Source: Bacteroidales bacterium (lineage in GTDB: Bacteria > Bacteroidota > Bacteroidia > Bacteroidales > Muribaculaceae). Taken from it: a DNA stretch of 64,000 nucleotides. The translations under genes and the position numbers were made by a program. The first letter of the stretch is position 1. Each line of letters begins with the position of its first letter. The stretch lies in assembly GCA_003150235.1 (NCBI GenBank), contig QAMW01000015.1, positions 5,471 through 69,470 of the forward strand. The letters run 5' to 3'. The notes beneath the pieces were generated by a model, which was not told where the DNA came from, made no database searches, and was given only the letters and a program-made list of their open reading frames with translations. Of this stretch, positions 58,335-64,000 are shown piece after piece.

Positions 58335-58996
58335 TTATATCCGGCTCCGTAAAATGTCTTGATGCAGTCACTCAGCCCGGCATCGGCGAGCTTCCCTTTC
58401 AGGTTTTTGATGTGGGCATATACAAAATTAAAGTCATCCATCATGTCGGCGATATCTCCGCTCAGATGCTCGGCAAGCGCGCTTTTCGAGACCACGCGGC
58501 GGCGGTTTTCGATGAGAAACAGCAGCAGGTCATATTCTGTCCTGGTGAGGTCAAGGCGTTTTTCCCCGACAGTAACATTGCGTTCAAGCAGGTCGACGCT
58601 CACGGCACCCGATTGAATGACATTGCTCGCCGTAAAGCATTTACGGCGAAGGAGCGCAAACACACGCATACTCAGCTCAGGAAGGTGGAACGGTTTTGCA
58701 AGGTAATCGTCGGCACCGAGGCGCAGACCTGTCACCTTGTCGTCGAGCGAGTCTTTCGCCGACACTATGATGACACCTGTACGCGGCGCAGTCTCTTTTA
58801 TATGCCGCAGCAGGTCAAGACCGGTACCGCCGGGCAGCATCAGGTCAAGGAGTATGCAGTCATATTCATATACCTCGATTTTTCCGGCGGCTTCCATATA
58901 TGAAAACGCCTGTTCACACAAATATTCCTCCTGCCCGAGAAAGCTAACGATGCTGTCGGAGAGTTGCTTCTCATCCTCTATTATCAGTATTTTCAT
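58319..58996 (-). CDS. Response regulator transcription factor (OmpR family)
   Basis: MKILIIEDEKQL ... ILLDLMLPGGTG ... KPF, plus a winged-helix domain. 16-nt overlap with the kinase gene. Confidence 0.92.
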   Translation of the reverse strand: MKILIIEDEKQLSDSIVSFLGQEEYLCEQAFSYMEAAGKIEVYEYDCILLDLMLPGGTGLDLLRHIKETAPRTGVIIVSAKDSLDDKVTGLRLGADDYLAKPFHLPELSMRVFALLRRKCFTASNVIQSGAVSVDLLERNVTVGEKRLDLTRTEYDLLLFLIENRRRVVSKSALAEHLSGDIADMMDDFNFVYAHIKNLKGKLADAGLSDCIKTFYGAGYKWIAE

Positions 58997-59107
58997 CTTA
59001 TCGTTTTTAACGGCAAAAATATTACTAAATTTTGTAGAAATTCAGAATCTCTGCAAAATCGCCTCGTAATTTCGCGCCGGTTTATAATCACGAATTGCAA
59101 TGGCTAT

Positions 59108-61480
59108 ATGACACGTTTAATTTTAATAATGCTTGTCGCGCTCGGCTATCTTGACCTTGAAGCGCAGACTACAGGTACTGTGACAGGTCAGATTCTGGAA
59201 AAAGATTCGGGACTGCCTGTCGAATATGCGACCGCTACACTTTATAGAACTCGTGATGGAAAAATCGAGGCTGGCTGCATGACTGACAGCCTTGGTGTGT
59301 TCCGTCTGGAGAAAGTTCCGGGTGGGTCCTATTACATTGAAGGAGCATACGTAGGATGCGAGCCGGTCGGCTCCGACACTTTTGCCGTGGCTCACGGTGC
59401 GATTGTTGATGCAGGCACTCTGTATATTTCCATGGGTGAAACGCTGTCGGAGGTTGTGGTTGAAGGTCGGAAGTCCACATTCACGGCGCGGCTTGACAGG
59501 AAAGTATTTAATGTCGGGCAAGATATCATGAGCAACTCCGGCTCCGTTGGTGACCTGATGCAGAATATACCGTCGGTGGATGTCGATATCGATGGCAATG
59601 TAAGTCTCCGCGGCAATGAAAATGTGACCATCCTTATAAATGGCAAGCCGTCGGCGATGATGAGCGCGAAGACACGCGGCGATGCACTCGCACAGCTTCC
59701 GGCAAGCAATATCGAGCGTATAGAGGTCATCACCAATCCATCGGCGGAGTATAAGCCCGACGGGGTGAGCGGTATAATTAACATTGTGCTTAAGAAAGAT
59801 GCCCGTCAGGGACTTAACGGCACTGTGACCGCAAATGTGGGCAGCTATTGGCGCACAAATGCCGGCGTGGGTCTAAATTACGGATTTAAGGGTATGACGC
59901 TGTTTGGCGACTATACCTGGCGACGTGACCGTTACGACCGCAGCATCATCGACAACCGCACATCTCCCGTCGGCGACATCAGCCAGACTACTTACGGTCT
60001 CGGGCGTCCGGTGTCGCATACCTTTCGTCTTGGCATGAATGTCAACCTGTCGTCACGCGACGTGATCGAGGTGGCGGGTAGTTACAATCGTAGGCGTTTC
60101 AAGCGCAATGAGCGCGTGGAGTCGCAGACACATGATATTTCCGGTATGGAGACTGCTTCATACGAACGCGACCGCGATGCCGATGCAAAAGAAAATATGT
60201 GGGAGGGGAGTTTTCGATATTCCCATACCTACGGGGAGGAAAATGAATTTGGTATCGATTACACCTACTCATCGGAATCGGAAGATGAGATTAACCATTA
60301 CACCACAACGGAGCAGCGCGTGATGTCGAAAAATGACGAGTGGGTGTGGGATGCCAATTATATCCATGCCTCCCGTGTGTTCTGGCATCACCGTCTGTCA
60401 GGTAATGTAAAGCTCGTGTCAGGCTACGAACTCGAACATCTCCGCGCCGAACAGAATTATCACGTGTCGGACTGGAATGGCGCGGAATTTGTACCCAATC
60501 TCGACCGGACAAGTGATTTTACACATTACCGGTTGCTCAACTCGCTTTACGCCACCTTGGAAATGCATTTCGGAAAATGGAATCTGCTTGCCGGTGCAAG
60601 GGGTGAATATACCGGCATCAGAAACGACCTGCACAACACATCCACTGATTTGCGCCGCAACTATTTTAATCTGTATCCCACACTGCATATATCCCATCCG
60701 CTTGGCAGCGGAAGCGAAGTCATGTTAAGCTATTCGCTGCGAGTCAACCGCCCTGATGGAAGCGACATGAACCCTTTTGCCGAGCGAATCAATCCGCTTA
60801 GTCTTGAGGCCGGTAATCCCGACCTGAAGCCTGAAAAGATACATTCGCTTGAAGCCGGGTGGCTCTGGCGTGGCGAAAGTGGTGCATCGTTGATGACCAC
60901 GCTATATTACCGTTATATCTACGACAAGATTACGGAGGTGTCACGATATATTGACGGCGGCGTGCTGCTTACCACCAAGGAAAATCTTCAGTCGAGTCAA
61001 AACGCCGGAATCGAGCTGATATGGACCATGCCCGTGAGTCGCTGGCTTGATTTCAATCTTAACATGAACGGCTACTACAATCAGATAGATGCCTCCAAAC
61101 TTGGCTTCGGAAAACACAAGGACACATTTTCATGGAGTGCGCTCCTCAACGCGGATTTCCGCCCCTTCAGCCACTATATGATTCAGCTCAACGCGCGGTA
61201 TCGTTCCGCTACTCTCGTGCCTCAGGGACGGCGTGACGCCGACCTTCGCATCAATCTGGGCATGAAGTATGACATTCCGGCGATAAACCTGTCGATAATC
61301 GGTTCGGTCACCGACCTTTTCGATACATATCGTAAATCCTACACCCTTGACACACCAGAACTGAAGCAGAAGGTCGAAAAACGCCGTAACCCCCGCATAT
61401 TCTATATCGGGCTGTCATGGCAGTTCGGTGGTGTGAAGAAACGTGCAGAAAACAAACTTGAGTATGATGAAGGGCTATAA
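59108..61480 (+). CDS. Outer-membrane beta-barrel / TonB-dependent-receptor-like protein with a CarbopepD_reg-like N-terminal domain
   Basis: Signal MTRLILIMLVALGYLDLEAQ. VTGQILEKDSGLPVEYATATL, a plug-like region (VDIDGNVSLRGNENVTILINGKP), and a barrel ending IFYIGLSWQFGG. Start set at the ATG at 59108. Confidence 0.8.
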   Translation: MTRLILIMLVALGYLDLEAQTTGTVTGQILEKDSGLPVEYATATLYRTRDGKIEAGCMTDSLGVFRLEKVPGGSYYIEGAYVGCEPVGSDTFAVAHGAIVDAGTLYISMGETLSEVVVEGRKSTFTARLDRKVFNVGQDIMSNSGSVGDLMQNIPSVDVDIDGNVSLRGNENVTILINGKPSAMMSAKTRGDALAQLPASNIERIEVITNPSAEYKPDGVSGIINIVLKKDARQGLNGTVTANVGSYWRTNAGVGLNYGFKGMTLFGDYTWRRDRYDRSIIDNRTSPVGDISQTTYGLGRPVSHTFRLGMNVNLSSRDVIEVAGSYNRRRFKRNERVESQTHDISGMETASYERDRDADAKENMWEGSFRYSHTYGEENEFGIDYTYSSESEDEINHYTTTEQRVMSKNDEWVWDANYIHASRVFWHHRLSGNVKLVSGYELEHLRAEQNYHVSDWNGAEFVPNLDRTSDFTHYRLLNSLYATLEMHFGKWNLLAGARGEYTGIRNDLHNTSTDLRRNYFNLYPTLHISHPLGSGSEVMLSYSLRVNRPDGSDMNPFAERINPLSLEAGNPDLKPEKIHSLEAGWLWRGESGASLMTTLYYRYIYDKITEVSRYIDGGVLLTTKENLQSSQNAGIELIWTMPVSRWLDFNLNMNGYYNQIDASKLGFGKHKDTFSWSALLNADFRPFSHYMIQLNARYRSATLVPQGRRDADLRINLGMKYDIPAINLSIIGSVTDLFDTYRKSYTLDTPELKQKVEKRRNPRIFYIGLSWQFGGVKKRAENKLEYDEGL

Positions 61481-61820
61481 TCCGTTGTCACGCAGCTTCC
61501 GGAATGCTTTTGCCGGTATTGGGCACACAATGGGTGAGCGCAATATGAAAATTCATCTTGTGACTGCGATTGGAGTGGTTGCCTGTGGCTGTATTTTTAA
61601 TCTGTCACGGCTTGAATGGCTCATTCTGCTGCTGAATATTGCCGGGGTATTAGTCGCGGAGACATTCAATACTGCAATCGAGCGATTGGCTGACCGTGTG
61701 TGCCCGACTTACGACGATGCAATCCGCGGAGTAAAAGATATTGCAGCGGGGGCTGTCGTGATTATGGCTGTGTATGCCGCCATTTCAGGAATTATTATAT
61801 TTATTCCCAAATTCTTATGA
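61464..61820 (+). CDS. dgkA: Diacylglycerol/undecaprenol kinase family protein
   Basis: 118 aa with 3 TM helices and the AETFNTAIERLADRV motif. The start overlaps the upstream OMP gene by 17 nt. Confidence 0.8.
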   Translation: MMKGYNPLSRSFRNAFAGIGHTMGERNMKIHLVTAIGVVACGCIFNLSRLEWLILLLNIAGVLVAETFNTAIERLADRVCPTYDDAIRGVKDIAAGAVVIMAVYAAISGIIIFIPKFL

Positions 61821-62587
61821 TCAAAATTGTCGATATTAAAAGGTGGAGCGTTGCACTTCTGTGTCTGCTGCTTGCTTTTCCGGTACTGCGCGGAGCTGAT
61901 GATAGCACTGCGGTTACTGACTCTCTGAAGACTCCCTACAGGTTTCGTCCGCTTCAGCTGATAGTGCCGGTGACCCTTATCGGGGTAGGTGTGATAGGAC
62001 TGGAAAGCGACTGGCTGAAGGGCCATGACAATGAGGTGAAAGAAGAATTACAGGAACGCCCTCATCCTCAGGTGACGATTGACGATTTTACGCAGTTTGC
62101 CCCTCTCGCCGCCCTTTATGGCTTGAAGCTGTGCGGGGTCAAAGGTAGGCATGACTATGTAGACATGACGATAATAGCCGGTACCGCATACTTGCTTACG
62201 GGTGTCACCGTGTTCGGGTTAAAGACAATCACCGCTGTGGAACGCCCCGACGGAAGCAGTCGCAATTCATTCCCTTCCGGTCACACGGCGACTGCGTTTG
62301 CGGGAGCCGAGCTGTTGCGGCGGGAATATTGGGACGTGTCGCCCTGGATTGGTGTTGCCGGTTATGCTGTCGCGGCAGGCACGGGCTTTTTCCGCATGTA
62401 CAACAACCGCCACTGGCTCACCGATGTCTTGGCCGGTGCCGGAGTGGGTATATTGAGCGCACAGGCGGCTTACTGGCTTTATCCCGTCATTACGGAGACA
62501 TTTTTTAAAAAGAGATATGACAAGGTGTTTGTCGCTCCTGCCATCAGTCCGCAATCAGTCGGAGTGTCAGCGATGATTACATTTTGA
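61817..62587 (+). CDS. PAP2-family phosphatase (membrane, signal peptide)
   Basis: All three PAP2 motifs are present: KTITAVERPDG, PSGHTA, NRHWLTDVLAG. ATGA start/stop overlap with dgkA. Confidence 0.85.
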   Translation: MIKIVDIKRWSVALLCLLLAFPVLRGADDSTAVTDSLKTPYRFRPLQLIVPVTLIGVGVIGLESDWLKGHDNEVKEELQERPHPQVTIDDFTQFAPLAALYGLKLCGVKGRHDYVDMTIIAGTAYLLTGVTVFGLKTITAVERPDGSSRNSFPSGHTATAFAGAELLRREYWDVSPWIGVAGYAVAAGTGFFRMYNNRHWLTDVLAGAGVGILSAQAAYWLYPVITETFFKKRYDKVFVAPAISPQSVGVSAMITF

Positions 62588-62664
62588 CCGGATTTTATGA
62601 TAATTCAATATTTTTGAAAAAACCATGAAATATTACCTCTCTACTTTTGCTGTCGAAATCAATA

Positions 62665-64000
62665 ATGATATTGACAGTGAAAAAAGTAATTACATCTATC
62701 TTGACCGTGCTCTCAGCAGGCATGGTCATTCAAGCGGCAGAAAGCCCTGCGACAGGATTGCTTAAAGGGCGTATTCTTGATGATGAAAAAAATCCTCTGC
62801 CGGGCGCAGTGGTTAGTCTGGATGACAATTCGCGTTCGGCGATTACCGATGCCGACGGGTTTTATTCGTTTTCCGGGTTGCATTCGGGCAACCACCGCCT
62901 GAAAGTCACCTACATCGGTTTCGCACCGTCTGATAAGGTAGTGGCATTGAATGATGTCGACGTGACACAGGATTTTGTGATGTCAGATAAGTCTAAGGAA
63001 CTAAATGAGGTTGTGGTCACCGGCGTTTTTTCCGGTCAACAGAGAGCTATAAACACTCAGAAAAGCAACGTAAACATCACTAATGTAGTTTCAGCCGACC
63101 AAATTGGTAAGTTCCCCGATTCCAATATCGGTGACGCGCTTAAACGTATCAGCGGCATCAATGTACAGTATGACCAGGGTGAGGCTCGTTTCGGTCAGGT
63201 GCGCGGCACTCCCGCCGATTTCAGTTCGGTCACCATCAACGGGTCAAGGATACCGTCGGCGGAGGGCGATATACGTAATGTGCAACTTGACCTAATCCCT
63301 TCCGATATGATTCAGACAATCGAGGTCAACAAGACTCTCATGCCCGATCAGGATGGCGATGCGATAGGCGGTTCGATAAATCTTGTCACAAAAAATTCAC
63401 CGCAGAAGTTTACTCTCAATGCTGTGGCGGGAAGCGGTTATAATCAAGTGAGTCGCAAGGCGCAGATGAATTTCGGTCTCACGGTTGGAAATCGTTTTTT
63501 CAATGACCGGTTCGGGTTCATGGCTTCGGCTTCATATAACAATGCTCCCGCGGGGTCGTATGACACGGAATTTCTTTGGGAGAAAGATGATGACGGTAAT
63601 CTTTATGTGAGCGATTATCAGATGCGCCAGTATTTTGTGACACGTGAGCGTCAGAGTTACTCCCTCTCGCTTGATTACAAGTTTGACGATTTCAATAAAA
63701 TCTGGTTCAAGGGAATATTCAACAACCGCAACGACTGGGAAAATCGTTACCGTACCACGCTTAAGGATGTAACCCCGAAAGGAGTAGCCGATGTCAGGGT
63801 ACAGACCAAGGGCGGTTCCGGTGATGAGCGCGATGCGCGTCTGGAGCGTCAGCGTACAATGGATTTCACTCTCGGAGGTGAAAACCGACTTGGCGCGGTA
63901 GACCTCGATTGGAAAATCGGTTATGCGAGGGCTTCCGAAGACCGTCCTAATGAACGCTACATCGACTATCGTCTGCGCAAGCAGCACTTCTCTTTTGACC
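62665..64000 (+). CDS. TonB-dependent receptor (3' end cut by window edge; absent from the ORF track)
   Basis: My own translation from the ATG at 62665 runs with no stop to the window end. It reads MILTVKKVITSILTVLSAGMVIQA (signal), LKGRILDDEKNPLPGAVVSLDDNSRSAITDADGFYSFSGL (CarbopepD_reg-like), then the plug region KFPDSNIGDALKRISGINVQYDQGEARFGQVRGT...IEVNKTLMPDQDGDAIGGSINLVTK. Confidence 0.8.
   Translation, partial: MILTVKKVITSILTVLSAGMVIQAAESPATGLLKGRILDDEKNPLPGAVVSLDDNSRSAITDADGFYSFSGLHSGNHRLKVTYIGFAPSDKVVALNDVDVTQDFVMSDKSKELNEVVVTGVFSGQQRAINTQKSNVNITNVVSADQIGKFPDSNIGDALKRISGINVQYDQGEARFGQVRGTPADFSSVTINGSRIPSAEGDIRNVQLDLIPSDMIQTIEVNKTLMPDQDGDAIGGSINLVTKNSPQKFTLNAVAGSGYNQVSRKAQMNFGLTVGNRFFNDRFGFMASASYNNAPAGSYDTEFLWEKDDDGNLYVSDYQMRQYFVTRERQSYSLSLDYKFDDFNKIWFKGIFNNRNDWENRYRTTLKDVTPKGVADVRVQTKGGSGDERDARLERQRTMDFTLGGENRLGAVDLDWKIGYARASEDRPNERYIDYRLRKQHFSFD

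Noticed and set aside
62625-62768. 47-codon ORF (MKYYLSTFAVEINN...) overlapping the start of the terminal TonB-dependent receptor gene in another frame.
   Set aside because: It is out of frame with the receptor, has no signal or motif, and has no independent support as a gene.

Overview
This 64 kb window looks like a chromosomal segment of a Bacteroidota (Bacteroidales-type) genome. That placement is an inference from four things: canonical Bacteroides promoter boxes (TTTG-N19-TAnnTTTG), T9SS C-terminal sorting tails, many TonB-dependent receptors and lipoproteins, and a Na+-pumping methylmalonyl-CoA decarboxylase operon. I cannot assign genus or species without a database search.

Most of the window is ordinary core content:
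- rpoB (5'-truncated) and rpoC
- mdh
- a U32 peptidase
- a three-gene RND efflux operon
- DUF3737-PatB-MATE
- rpsU-xerC-hpf
- Nif3 plus a zinc-ribbon protein
- aspS
- mce-mmdA-(LTD/OadG)-mmdC-mmdB
- dnaK
- an ECF sigma/anti-sigma cluster
- an AraC-linked oxidoreductase/hydrolase cluster
- two-component systems with outer-membrane receptors
- a dgkA-PAP2 pair
- a 3'-truncated TonB-dependent receptor at the window end that is missing from the ORF track

I saw no rRNA, tRNA, CRISPR array, intact transposase or prophage genes by eye.

The least ordinary parts are:
1. An AT-rich three-gene islet (20.7-22.7 kb). It encodes a membrane-anchored pentein-fold (agmatine-deiminase/PAD-like) enzyme, an 80-aa TM protein and a lipoprotein.
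2. A 194-bp segment upstream of that islet, flanked by 21-bp inverted repeats. It could be an invertible promoter or a MITE.
3. A 165-bp MITE-like element with perfect 15-bp terminal inverted repeats and a 9-bp direct duplication.
4. Two intergenic palindromes built from tandem 7-8 nt GGTT(T)A-type units. One reads as telomere-like CCCTAAA repeats.
5. A frameshifted RHS-core remnant and a truncated zeta-toxin-like P-loop gene.
6. A two-component system divergent from a translationally coupled OMP-dgkA-PAP2 operon.

Nothing here is demonstrably a new system from sequence alone. The islet is the best candidate. All family calls rest on motifs read by eye and need HMM or structure confirmation.
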